Positions 1-9,515 of a DNA stretch of 64,000 bases are shown piece after piece (the first letter of the stretch is position 1; each line of letters opens with the position of its first letter). Both the position numbers and the translations under genes were made by a program. The stretch is from Candidatus Poribacteria bacterium. Lineage in GTDB: Bacteria > Poribacteria > WGA-4E > JAJDTR01. The notes under the pieces are model-generated. The model did not search any database and had not been told where the DNA came from. It saw nothing but the letters and a program-made list of their open reading frames with translations. The stretch is from positions 145,327 through 209,326 of the forward strand of contig OZ244829.1 in the NCBI GenBank assembly GCA_965220415.1. The letters run 5' to 3'.

Positions 1-50
1 CCACAGCAGAGCATTAGAACAACCCCGATCAACGGTGAAATGAGTCTCAT
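1..50 (-). CDS. 5' end of a probably secreted protein running off the left edge of the window
   Basis: Minus strand reads GGAG-AAAAAA-ATG, then MRLISPLIGVVLMLCC, a signal-peptide-like start with a Shine-Dalgarno. Confidence 0.6.
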   Translation of the reverse strand, partial: MRLISPLIGVVLMLCC

Positions 51-669
51 TTTTTTCTCCTTCAGTTTGTCTACGAATGCTTTTGACGTTGAATTGACCA
101 AACTCGAACCGATTGATCCACACTCCGCGCTGACGGTTCATTTACTGCCAAAGTTTGGTTGACATTTTGTGTGACACGAAATCTAATGTGAGGGAAGTGG
201 GGAAGGAAGGAACGTTCTCCCTGTTTTCCTTCTTGGCTATTTTGCCGCTATTGATCTGGTGTATAGTCGCCGTTTGATTATGAGTGAGCCTTAAGTGATT
301 GTGAGTCTGGCGGTTGGCTATACCTATGGAGGTACACTGGCTTCATCGAACACGACACAAGCCGTACCTGCTGCAACGAAAACGTTACTACCAAATTCTG
401 GAAAATGGTTGTACGAATACCGACAGAATCTGATTGGACCTTCTCTGTCTGACCGTGTACCTTGGGGCGAGTAACTATTATAGCAAAAATGCTTAAAAAG
501 TCAACACAGAAGCATGTATTCATAGGGCGATTCAGTTTTCGAAAAATGATAGTTTCCATTAGACCGTGTCAACGATGACCGCAAGTTGGTCGCCCTCATT
601 GGCGTTGCCTAGTAAGCTAGCAGGACTCTAGAGGAACCGGTGGTTTATCTTTCTAGAGTGAACATGGCA

Positions 670-902
670 GGGGAAACGCATCTAATTTAGAGGATGTCTC
701 ATGGCGGTAGAATTTACGATTAATGTTGGGTTTCACTCATTTTTTTGACATGTTCATGCAAAGTGGGGACTCGGAAACGCCTCTAAAGATTAACAATCAT
801 TAACGAATTTCGTTCAACCCAACCTACGATCTTTAGAAAAATTACCACAAACTTAGCCGGATTTTCTTTTTTGCCGAGCAGAAAATTTAGATGCGTTTCC
901 CC
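670..902 (+). mobile_element. 233-bp MITE-like element, copy 1
   Basis: Terminal inverted repeats GGGGAAACGCATCTAA(A)TTT. The interior aligns with the reverse complement of 56523-56755 and contains a REP-like CGTTCAACCCAACCTAC. Confidence 0.8.
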
Positions 903-923
903 TAGTAAACATGGTGAATGTGG

Positions 924-951
924 TAGACAAAACCATAAGATGTGTTATAAT
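924..951 (+). promoter_or_regulatory. sigma70-type promoter
   Basis: TAGACA, 16-nt spacer, then TG-n-TATAAT (extended -10). Confidence 0.55.
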
Positions 952-1480
952 ATACTATGGGTATATGTATTTAAACTAAATGAGGCAATAAGAGTAGAAC
1001 TACTCCCAAAAACTAGACGGGGGAATAAGCGATGTTTCCGAGTTGAATGAGTCATCAAAGGAGCAAATAGCGAATATGATTGCAATCCCATAGAGATCCC
1101 TTGCGCAACTCAAATCTCTTTCATTACCGTCTAAAAGATAGGGATAGGATCAGCTAAATTCGAGGCTCTGTCGCACATCGTTCAATTTATTGTCGGATTT
1201 CACTGGATGGTGTGTAACGTCTAGGTGCAGAAGTGGCATGGGAGAGCTTGGAGAAATCCAACTTATGCCGAACCTTGGTATTCTGCATTAGCTAAGACTG
1301 AATACGAATACCGAAAATTCTAAAATGACACGTTGCTGTCCTGCTCATTGGTTCAAGAGTTGGGCAGAGCAAGACCGGAAGCAAGGATCTAGAATGTCTG
1401 CTGCCGAGTGATTCTTCTTACACATGACGTTACGGCAGCGGAAGCGCTATTTAACCTAACCCAATTAGGAGGAATTAATC

Positions 1481-2467
1481 GTGAAATCTGCTACGATCGT
1501 CAGCGTATTCACTGTGTTCCTAAGTTATTGCGTATTTCTGCCGCTTGCTTACGCCGAAGTCGTGGGTGCTTGGACCTTTGACAGAGGCGAACTAAATCAG
1601 GAAGCACACGGAAGGATTGAGGATGTTTCCGGAAACGGGCATCACGGTAAAATTGTTGGCAGGGTGAAGTGGAAAAACGGAAAGCGTGGAACTGCATTGG
1701 AGTTTTTTGAAGCAGAGGGCGAGGCAGGAACTGAGTGGCCTGGCTGGGTCGAAATCCCGCACCACGACGATTTCAATCTGTTAGAGTTTTCTCTGTCGGG
1801 CTGGGTCAGGATTCCAGAGCTCGCAGGTCAACCTCTTAACGATGGCTTTTGTAATAATGCCTGCGGCGATGTAACGGACCTATCTGCCAATCAGATGCTT
1901 TTTGGCAAAACGTCCCACTTGGCTCGATGCAATTATGCGATGTGGGTTTCGGATGCTGGAAAAGGCGGAGAACAGAGGCGTGGCGAGCAGGGGCACGTAA
2001 CGTTCGGATTTACGGCTCAACAGCCGCGAGTATCCCGTGTTTATGTCGACGAAACAAAGAAACGTGCCGCCGTCGTTGACGGGAAATGGCATCATGTCGT
2101 CGGCACGTATTCGGAGCCTAACCTTGTCCTCTATGTCGATGGGCAGGTGGTGGGACGTCGGGAAAACGAAAAATTAGCCGATTTAGCAAAGAAGAACAAG
2201 ATTGTGCCGCCACCCGGCTTCGCTGCACTTGGAGGCGGGAAGTTCGCCCCGTTCATGATCGGCTGTCAGATCATCGGACGTTCGACTAAAGGCCAGAGGC
2301 CAAGTTACGGAACGGCTGGGGTCATAGATGAGGTTGCCGTCTTTAATCACGCATTGACCGAGGACGAAGTTAGAACGCTCTGGAGGCAGGGATTGCTGCA
2401 GTATTTGGCGGTCGAAGCGCGAGGAAAACTCGCGACAACATGGGGCAACATCAAAAGGCCAAGGTAA
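1481..2467 (+). CDS. Secreted LamG-like jellyroll (concanavalin A-like) protein with a Poribacteria-type C-terminal motif
   Basis: Signal peptide; W.FD, D.SGNGHHG, KWHHVVGTY, LYVDG and IDEVAVFNHALT motifs; C-terminus AVEARGKLATTWGNIK; SD AGGAGG. Confidence 0.85.
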   Translation: MKSATIVSVFTVFLSYCVFLPLAYAEVVGAWTFDRGELNQEAHGRIEDVSGNGHHGKIVGRVKWKNGKRGTALEFFEAEGEAGTEWPGWVEIPHHDDFNLLEFSLSGWVRIPELAGQPLNDGFCNNACGDVTDLSANQMLFGKTSHLARCNYAMWVSDAGKGGEQRRGEQGHVTFGFTAQQPRVSRVYVDETKKRAAVVDGKWHHVVGTYSEPNLVLYVDGQVVGRRENEKLADLAKKNKIVPPPGFAALGGGKFAPFMIGCQIIGRSTKGQRPSYGTAGVIDEVAVFNHALTEDEVRTLWRQGLLQYLAVEARGKLATTWGNIKRPR

Positions 2468-3178
2468 TTATTGGATTGGCTGTGTTCTTCACTATGGATG
2501 GCACAAGTGCATCATCTCGTATGTGCGTGTCTCCAAATGGCCTTCGCTCGTTTCCATCATTCCGACACCCATTGGAATTTATGGGAGCTCGGTCGCGATG
2601 GGCGTAAGACATATTTCTCCACGGGATCGAATTAATGCATTGCGCATCGATGCCTGTAGATTCGTCCTCCTTCCGCGCTCGCTTGATCTGTCTTCATGGG
2701 TTAAATCCGAGTAAATCTAAGAACACCTTCGGTTCCATTTCAGCCCAATTGGTGCTATAGTCATCTTCATTCAAATTTACACAAACCCTGATTGTGTGTT
2801 AAAGAACTGTGACGATGTGTTAGGCCGCTTACAAAATCGCACGCAATCCCGTAGCGCAAACTGTTAGTTTGCGCATACCACAATCTAACAGATCGAACGA
2901 GCGAATAGATTAAGAGTGTGAATAACGACCGCGATAGAGATCCCTTGTGGTACGAAAGAGCGTCATTACCCGCGGGCATGTGTAATCATCGGTTGCAATG
3001 ACAATGATCACCGAGGTTTGTCCTAGACCGTATCATGGGGTAACCTCGTTCTGTTGTGATAACCGTTCATTATGCCGTGAGTATATCTGCTTGATAAAGT
3101 TCCTAATGTCATTCCGCCTGTTCTAAACGGACGTTACCACCAAGAATTAACCGCTCCTTTATTCCACCTCTGATCAAT

Positions 3179-4843
3179 TTGCAATCTTCACTAACCCCTC
3201 CCTTGAAAAAACTTCGGCTTGTCCACTACCTAATTGTGATTGGGGTATTAGCTGTCGTCGTGACCGTTTTCCTCATTTATCGGCAAACCTCCCGCCGAGA
3301 GCCTGCCGAAAGCCTTTTCACACTTCTCCCTGAAAAACCGATTTGCTTTGTTGGCGCAAAAAACCTCACGGACGCGGTAGAGACGTTCAGACTCAGCCAA
3401 TTTGGTCAGCGTGCTGCACAAATGCCGATTCTCGCCGAAATCCAAAGGCAGAGGTGGTGGCGACAGATTCTTTATCAGAAGCAACTGTGGGAACATGAGA
3501 TGGGCGCCGAGTTCAACTTCAATAAACTCAAGGGCTACTTTGGAAAGGAGGCAATCTTGGCTCTATACCGCAGGAAGGGCAAAATTTCATTCCTTCTTAT
3601 AAGCGCGGTTGGAGCAAAGGAAAAGTTGGAGATCGCGGCAGTCACAGCGGCTGATCCGCTTAATCCAAGCTTCAAGCGACTTCAAAACGATTACGACGGA
3701 TTTACAATCAACACCATTACCGGTTATCCTCGTGAGTTTAGCTATGCGTTCCTCGGCAAGATTGGGCTGTTGACGCTTGACCGATCTCTCATAATAGAAA
3801 CGCTTGACATTTATGGCGAACAGAGACAAGGATTCAGCGATCTTCACCCGATGCGTGAATCCCTACAGAATCGATACAACTCAGACGCTAGCACAATCTT
3901 TGTTGATTTTCCTAGAGTTTCGGATGCGTTTGACGCTATTGGACGACTTGTTCCTTTCGCTAAGGAGATAGAAACCTGGACGATAAGTCATAGTTATCAG
4001 AATGGGGCGATTCGGTTGCTCCACCGGATTCAGTGGGGGGCGAAACAGGAACGACGCCTACCCGCACCCGCAACAATTGATCCGAAACTACTATCAATCC
4101 TGCCCGGGAAATGCGCCGTATCGTTCATCGATCCAAGCATCAATCCTTCGCAACTCTGGAATCTCTTCAAGGCTAACTTATCAATCCAGCATCAACTGCG
4201 TGAGGTAAACCTCGCGCGTCATCTTGGAGGCGGAGTCGCGGTTGCACAAATTGACCTGGCTTCAAATTCCTCATTTCAGATGCCATCAATCATTATGGCG
4301 ATTCCTGTTACAGATCGAAAGAGTTTTGAAGCAGATTTGGAGAAACTTCGAGAACATCAAGTCGTCATAAACGGAAAACAACTTCAATTCTCCGAGCCGA
4401 GGAGTTATCGTGATGTGGTTTTTCAACCGGTTCAACTGCCCTTGGGATTACTGTTCTCGGTCAAAGGCGCACATGCACTGATAGATAATTATTGGATTAT
4501 TAGCACGACTGTGTCCGGTTTGAAATCCGTGATTGATACCTCTACTGGCGAGAGGACGGCTTTAACGCAGATACAGTTTCCTGAAGGAGTTGATTATCCG
4601 AGAGATTCTCACCTTCTTATCCAGCCTCGCCTCCTGTTTTCGGAACTGAGACGTCTTAGGCCGGTTATTAGTTTGATGGCGCCCATGATGGGTAGTAGAT
4701 TTGACTTTCGCTTGATGCAGCAGGTTATTGTCAACCTTTCGCCACTTGAAACCCTCGGACCAACATCCGCCGGGATTGACTTCGATAGTGAGGGAATGAA
4801 TGTAGAAGTTCAGGTGGTTGTCCCAATAGGCGATAAATCCTAG
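3179..4843 (+). CDS. Membrane-anchored hypothetical protein (DUF3352-like)
   Basis: 554-aa ORF with an N-terminal TM helix; family assigned by overall resemblance only. Confidence 0.6.
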   Translation: MQSSLTPPLKKLRLVHYLIVIGVLAVVVTVFLIYRQTSRREPAESLFTLLPEKPICFVGAKNLTDAVETFRLSQFGQRAAQMPILAEIQRQRWWRQILYQKQLWEHEMGAEFNFNKLKGYFGKEAILALYRRKGKISFLLISAVGAKEKLEIAAVTAADPLNPSFKRLQNDYDGFTINTITGYPREFSYAFLGKIGLLTLDRSLIIETLDIYGEQRQGFSDLHPMRESLQNRYNSDASTIFVDFPRVSDAFDAIGRLVPFAKEIETWTISHSYQNGAIRLLHRIQWGAKQERRLPAPATIDPKLLSILPGKCAVSFIDPSINPSQLWNLFKANLSIQHQLREVNLARHLGGGVAVAQIDLASNSSFQMPSIIMAIPVTDRKSFEADLEKLREHQVVINGKQLQFSEPRSYRDVVFQPVQLPLGLLFSVKGAHALIDNYWIISTTVSGLKSVIDTSTGERTALTQIQFPEGVDYPRDSHLLIQPRLLFSELRRLRPVISLMAPMMGSRFDFRLMQQVIVNLSPLETLGPTSAGIDFDSEGMNVEVQVVVPIGDKS

Positions 4844-4877
4844 TGGCAATTCCAGGCTTTACCCAAGATAGTATTTT

Positions 4878-5687
4878 TCAACTCGTGCCTTTCTCCCGCC
4901 ATGCAATAATTTGTTCCGCGACCGTCACCACAGGTGCCGTCCAAATCTCCGCACGACGCTCCGCCAAATACGTGCAAAGCTCACGAAAGCAGTCCGACGG
5001 CAATGAATTACCGTGAAAGAGCGGTGTCAGGAGCCCCTCCCGATTCGGTTCCGTTTGCAATCCATGCAGAGTCAGGATGAGCCACCGTCCGCCATCGGTG
5101 CCTTTATCGACCAAGCTGCACAAATCCGAACCCGACATCCAACCGGCGACAACAGACGAAGTAAGGTAGTGCAGTTCCGTCAGTAAAGGATGATTCGCCG
5201 TCTCGCCCAAGCCGCGTGCGGCAGGGAAGTGCTTGGCGATTATTGGTACGTAGCTCTGCCGGTTTATTCCTTCACCGACATAGCTTTGATAGCAGGGATA
5301 ACAGAAGGTGCGAGTCTGTTGCTCGGGGATAAGCGCGTTCAGCCGTCTTTCCGCCTCTAATACGTCCGCTTCAATCTCTTCCAAGCTAAGCGTCTCAAGG
5401 CATTTGTCGGTATCCCAGCCGAAATTACGGGCGCAAATATGTTGAATCGTGTGATTCCCAATCTCGTGTCCAGCCAGCGCCGCATTTCGCCATGGTAAAT
5501 GCCGTTGATCCCAATCATCGCCACGCGGGTTGATATAAAATGTGCCTTGTAGATCGTATTCTGCAAGGATTGGTATGGCTATATCCAGATGGGATGCGCT
5601 GCCATCGTCAAACGTCAATGAAACGGCAGTTTGATGATTATCCGGCCAGGGTGAACTGTTGGAGTTGGACATCTTATTCCCCTTCAA
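4878..5687 (-). CDS. Polysaccharide deacetylase (NodB/CE4) family protein; likely start 5672
   Basis: SLTFDDG, GHEIGNHT, FCYP and LTLHG motifs. Confidence 0.9.
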   Translation of the reverse strand: MKGNKMSNSNSSPWPDNHQTAVSLTFDDGSASHLDIAIPILAEYDLQGTFYINPRGDDWDQRHLPWRNAALAGHEIGNHTIQHICARNFGWDTDKCLETLSLEEIEADVLEAERRLNALIPEQQTRTFCYPCYQSYVGEGINRQSYVPIIAKHFPAARGLGETANHPLLTELHYLTSSVVAGWMSGSDLCSLVDKGTDGGRWLILTLHGLQTEPNREGLLTPLFHGNSLPSDCFRELCTYLAERRAEIWTAPVVTVAEQIIAWREKGTS

Positions 5688-5855
5688 ATCTTGATAGTGT
5701 TTAATGATATGGATTTTTCAGCAGTTTGTCCTGGATTGCGGAGGTTTCGCAGGTGATTTGAACTCGGTTCAACGGTGCTATGGTAACATGGGGCATTCCG
5801 TTTGACAATGCGATTCAGGTGTTAAAATCTCCCAGTTTGCGCGCGAGAAAATATA

Positions 5856-5884
5856 TAGACAACATCCGACGATTTTGTTAGAAT
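5856..5884 (+). promoter_or_regulatory. sigma70-type promoter upstream of deoC
   Basis: TAGACA, 17-nt spacer, then TG-n-TAGAAT. Confidence 0.55.
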
Positions 5885-5928
5885 ACCCTGCATTCGTGGG
5901 GATTATCTCAGCAGGGAGTTTTCCAGTT

Positions 5929-6068
5929 TATACTCCGCGTTGTCAGAAATTGCGTTCACTGTAGGAGCGATCTGCAGGTCGCGACCTGCATTCCCCGTAG
6001 GTGCGGTTTCCAACCGCACCTACCGCCAGACGCTTGAAAATACGCAATTTTCAGCAGCGTGAAGTATA
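5929..6068. repeat. 140-bp REP-doublet/MITE element, family A
   Basis: Imperfect terminal inverted repeats TATACT..AAATTGCGT / ACGCAATT..AAGTATA around GTAG-type REPs; near-identical to 25552-25691. Confidence 0.85.
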
Positions 6069-6146
6069 GATGGGTTTCTGTGTTCAAGGCGTTTGGTTTT
6101 AACCGCTTCGTCGGGCAGTCAAAAAAATGGATAAGGGTGAGTTAAA

Positions 6147-6911
6147 ATGAGTGACACGCTAGTGCCGGTTGATGACTTAACTGCAATACAGATTGCTTCC
6201 ATCTGTGATCATTCCATCTTGGAAACTTACACATCATTTCGGGGGAAAGGCGAAGATCCTAGAGCATTAAGGGAGCAGAATTTGCTCGATTTTTTGGACG
6301 CGACGATACAGAGCGAACGTGTCCCGTATGCAATCTGCGTACTTCCCGAATGCGTCTCGATAGTCGTTAAGTTCCTTGACGAACAGAACCGAAATGAAAT
6401 CAAAGTATGTTCGGCGATATACTTCCCCTACGGTTCCGTTGCCACGGCGCTTAAAGTGAGTGAAACAGGAGCAGTCACCGCTAACGGGGCGACAGAAATC
6501 GATGTTGTCCTTAACTACGAGGCGTTTACGGCTGGAGACATTGACACGGCGCGAGACGATGCGAAGGCAGTGACGGATGCGGCGCACGAGAACGGAGCGC
6601 TCGCGAAACTTATTATTGAGACATGCGTGCTCAGCCACGATCAGATCAAGGCAGCATGCGATTTGGCTGAGGAAGCCGGCGCCGATTTTGTGAAGACATC
6701 TACCGGAGCGTGGTCTTACGGCGCCACCATCGCGGACATGAGCCTCATTAGGAAGCACTTCTCGGGTGGCGTCAAGATCTCTGGCGCTGGCGTGGGACCT
6801 AAGAATATTCGGGATTTACTGCGAGCGTCATCGGGTAGGGCAGACGGTTACATCGATCTGGATCCGGCGAGAATCAGGATTGGCGAAGGTGGATTGATAC
6901 ATAGTTTATGA
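6147..6911 (+). CDS. deoC: Deoxyribose-phosphate aldolase family protein (divergent)
   Basis: DHSIL, FPYG, GATEIDVV, KLIIET and ADFVKTSTG (Schiff-base Lys) motifs. Confidence 0.8.
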   Translation: MSDTLVPVDDLTAIQIASICDHSILETYTSFRGKGEDPRALREQNLLDFLDATIQSERVPYAICVLPECVSIVVKFLDEQNRNEIKVCSAIYFPYGSVATALKVSETGAVTANGATEIDVVLNYEAFTAGDIDTARDDAKAVTDAAHENGALAKLIIETCVLSHDQIKAACDLAEEAGADFVKTSTGAWSYGATIADMSLIRKHFSGGVKISGAGVGPKNIRDLLRASSGRADGYIDLDPARIRIGEGGLIHSL

Positions 6912-6967
6912 TCATCACTGGCGTGTGTCTGCTTTGTACTAAATACTAGGGACGAAGGTGTCACGAA

Positions 6968-7732
6968 ATGGGCGGAAAATTCGACGGTAAAGTTGCACTT
7001 GTGACTGGCGGCGGTTCGGGTCTCGGCCGGTCAAGCGCATTGGCGTTTGCGCGAGAAGGAGCCAGGGTAGTTGTCTCCGATGTCAACATGGAAATCGGTG
7101 GAGAGACTGTGCACATGATTCAGGAGGCGAATGGGGAGTGCATCCTTCTGCAAGCCGATATGTTGGAGTCAGCCGAAATAAAAGAGATGATTAGCACAGC
7201 CATTGATGCCTATGGACAGCTCGATTACGCCTTTAATAGCGCGGGTGTTGGCCCAGCAAAGTCTGCTCGAATTGATGAGAGTTCGATTGAGGATTGGGAT
7301 CGGGTTGTCAACATCAATCTTAGAAGCGTATTCCTGTGTATGAAATATGAACTGCGTCAGATGCTCAAACAGGGTAGTGGCGTGATTGTCAATGTGGCTT
7401 CGATTTACGGGCTAGTCGGCCACGGCGGCGGTGGACCATCTTACGTTGCGAGTAAACACGCCGTCGTAGGCTTGACCAGATCCGCGGCTCTAGAATATGC
7501 GAAAGAGGGGATTCGGGTGAACGCCGTGTGCCCCGGCTATACTCGTACACCGCTCATTCAAGGTTTGCTCGACAATCCGGAGAAGACGGCGGAGGTGGAG
7601 TCGTGGCATCCCATGGGGCGTCTCGGATTGCCGGAAGAAATCTCCGAGGTTGTGGTGTGGTTGTGCTCGGATGCCGCTTCGTTTGTCACGGGACACGCCA
7701 TGGCGGTGGATGGCGGGTTTGTTGCCCAGTAA
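6968..7732 (+). CDS. SDR family oxidoreductase (glucose 1-dehydrogenase-like)
   Basis: TGGGSGLG, NSAG, YVASKHA (YxxxK) and VDGG motifs. Confidence 0.92.
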   Translation: MGGKFDGKVALVTGGGSGLGRSSALAFAREGARVVVSDVNMEIGGETVHMIQEANGECILLQADMLESAEIKEMISTAIDAYGQLDYAFNSAGVGPAKSARIDESSIEDWDRVVNINLRSVFLCMKYELRQMLKQGSGVIVNVASIYGLVGHGGGGPSYVASKHAVVGLTRSAALEYAKEGIRVNAVCPGYTRTPLIQGLLDNPEKTAEVESWHPMGRLGLPEEISEVVVWLCSDAASFVTGHAMAVDGGFVAQ

Positions 7733-7789
7733 ACGTAATTTCTTTTCGCCAAGTGAATTCGCATGATTATTGAGTTTCAACCTGTCTAA

Positions 7790-7951
7790 GTGGTTCATTC
7801 GCCAAGTGTATATGACATCACCCGATTCTCTACAATGACCCCGGTAGGTGCGATCAAGTGACTGAATAAGGAACGCGATAGAGATCCCTTTCTAGCCGCA
7901 CCGATTCCAAAAACACAAGGCCTATACACAATTTTTTAGCGAAAGAACCAC
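7790..7951. mobile_element. MITE family C, copy 1
   Basis: Terminal inverted repeats GTGGTTCATTCGC / GCGAAAGAACCAC, flanked by a TAA duplication (7787-7789, 7952-7954); homologous to 52773-52971. Confidence 0.75.
7853..7888 (+). repeat. 36-nt ATCAA...GCGATAGAGATCCC module inserted in a REP hairpin
   Basis: Interrupts GTAGGTGCG|TTTCTAGCCGCACC; the uninterrupted version lies at about 29318-29342. Confidence 0.8.
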
Positions 7952-8195
7952 TAAGCAACTTCCAAGAAGAAACTTACATGTCAATCTAGGCCCCCAACCG
8001 CTTCTGCTGGATTGGCAAATCCAGCAGGTTCCTATGCATCCATTAAGTTCCGAGTCTTTCGTATCCGCGGATTGAGAATGGTGTGAAAAGAAATCTTCCA
8101 ACCTTCCCCACTTCCATCCTTCCAATCCTACTCTTCCCAGTTGATGCGGAAGATAAATTCTTATATTAAAACTTGCTTAGGAAGGAACCACCTAA

Positions 8196-9473
8196 ATGAA
8201 GAAGCCCAATGTCCTCCTGCTCATGTCAGACCAACAACGCTGGGACAGCCTAGGATGTAACGGCAACACGTTTGTTTCATCGCCCCACATCGATCGGTTG
8301 GCAGCGGAAGGGGTACGCTGCGAGAATAGCTTTACCCCGTGGCCCGTATGTACACCCGCAAGAGCGACGATGTGGACGGGTGTCTATCCACACCAGCACA
8401 AGTTGAAGTTCAACACCTACCAGATGAGAAACCTGTTTGAGGATGTCTCGTACGAGCGGAGGACGGTATTCGACGCATTGAAGGAGGCAGACTACACAAC
8501 CGCATATTTTGGCAAATGGCATCTGGGAGATGATGCGCCGTCCATGTTCGATGTATGGGAGGGGTTTAACTCGTTTGGAGGGCATTGGGTTGATGGACGA
8601 AAGGATGGTGTCTACAAACCGGACTTACAAACGAATCAACTCATCAAATTCTTGGAGGGGCAGGCAAACGCGGACAAACCGTTCATAGCGGTAAATGGAT
8701 TCTATCCCCCGCACGATCCGTATACGGCACCGAAGCGGTTATATGAGCGTTACCGCGGCAAGGGGGTTCCATTTGCCGGGTACTATGCCGCGGTGAGTGC
8801 GCTCGACCACAACGTTGGGCGGACTATGGAGGCATTGGACAGACTCGGATTAAGGGACGATACCATAGTCGTTTATTTCTCGGATCACGGGGACACTTTT
8901 CGCTACCGCGAAGGTTGGATGTACAAGTTTGTCTGCCATGAGGACGCTATTAAGGTACCGTTTATTGTGAACTGTCCGGCGAGAATACAGGGCGGAGCGA
9001 CACTTGATTCCATGATAGGATTACAGGACTTGATGCCTACCATTTTGGATTGGGCAGGGATGGATATACCCGACCACCTGCACGGTCAGAGTCTGGTACC
9101 GCTTCTCACAGGAGAATCCGTCCCGTGGCGTGAGGCTTACTATGTACAGAATATCTTGTTCCATAACAACATAGAACAGCGGTGCATTCGCACAAAGGAG
9201 TGGAAACTGATTCTCAGCGATAGGCCCCGAACGGTTACTGACTACTCTTCTCCAAACCATTTGTTCGACTTGGTAAATGATCCGGAGGAGGAGTTGAATC
9301 TCTATGACGCCCCGTACGAAGACCAACACGATCAGTTTGCGCATTATCCGCCCTTTACAGATGTAATTGTTGAGTTAGCGCAGTTATTAAGGAAGTACGC
9401 GCAGGAGATCGGAGATACGTTTGGGTGTGACGTGGCTGACAACTGTGTGGTTGAGATGAAGCATCGGACGTAG
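8196..9473 (+). CDS. Sulfatase (formylglycine-dependent)
   Basis: DQQR, CTPARATMWTG (CxPxR), GKWHLG and SDHGD motifs. Confidence 0.93.
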   Translation: MKKPNVLLLMSDQQRWDSLGCNGNTFVSSPHIDRLAAEGVRCENSFTPWPVCTPARATMWTGVYPHQHKLKFNTYQMRNLFEDVSYERRTVFDALKEADYTTAYFGKWHLGDDAPSMFDVWEGFNSFGGHWVDGRKDGVYKPDLQTNQLIKFLEGQANADKPFIAVNGFYPPHDPYTAPKRLYERYRGKGVPFAGYYAAVSALDHNVGRTMEALDRLGLRDDTIVVYFSDHGDTFRYREGWMYKFVCHEDAIKVPFIVNCPARIQGGATLDSMIGLQDLMPTILDWAGMDIPDHLHGQSLVPLLTGESVPWREAYYVQNILFHNNIEQRCIRTKEWKLILSDRPRTVTDYSSPNHLFDLVNDPEEELNLYDAPYEDQHDQFAHYPPFTDVIVELAQLLRKYAQEIGDTFGCDVADNCVVEMKHRT

Positions 9474-9515
9474 CGCAATGAATAAGCTAGCGGGATTTTT
9501 GATGGCTGGTGGGCA

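Noticed and set aside
278-559. 93-aa minus-strand ORF
   Set aside because: No recognisable motif or clear SD; probably spurious, though not excluded.
1235-1272. Glycine-riboswitch-like GGAGAG...GAAA...GCCGAA
   Set aside because: Lacks the downstream GGAGCAA and CTCTCAGG elements; better explained as part of a decayed coding frame.
7853-7888. 36-nt modules interpreted as CRISPR repeats or as DGR variable regions
   Set aside because: Copies are dispersed and non-identical, with no unique spacers and no cas genes. Variable positions do not map to adenines on either strand, and there is no RT in the window.
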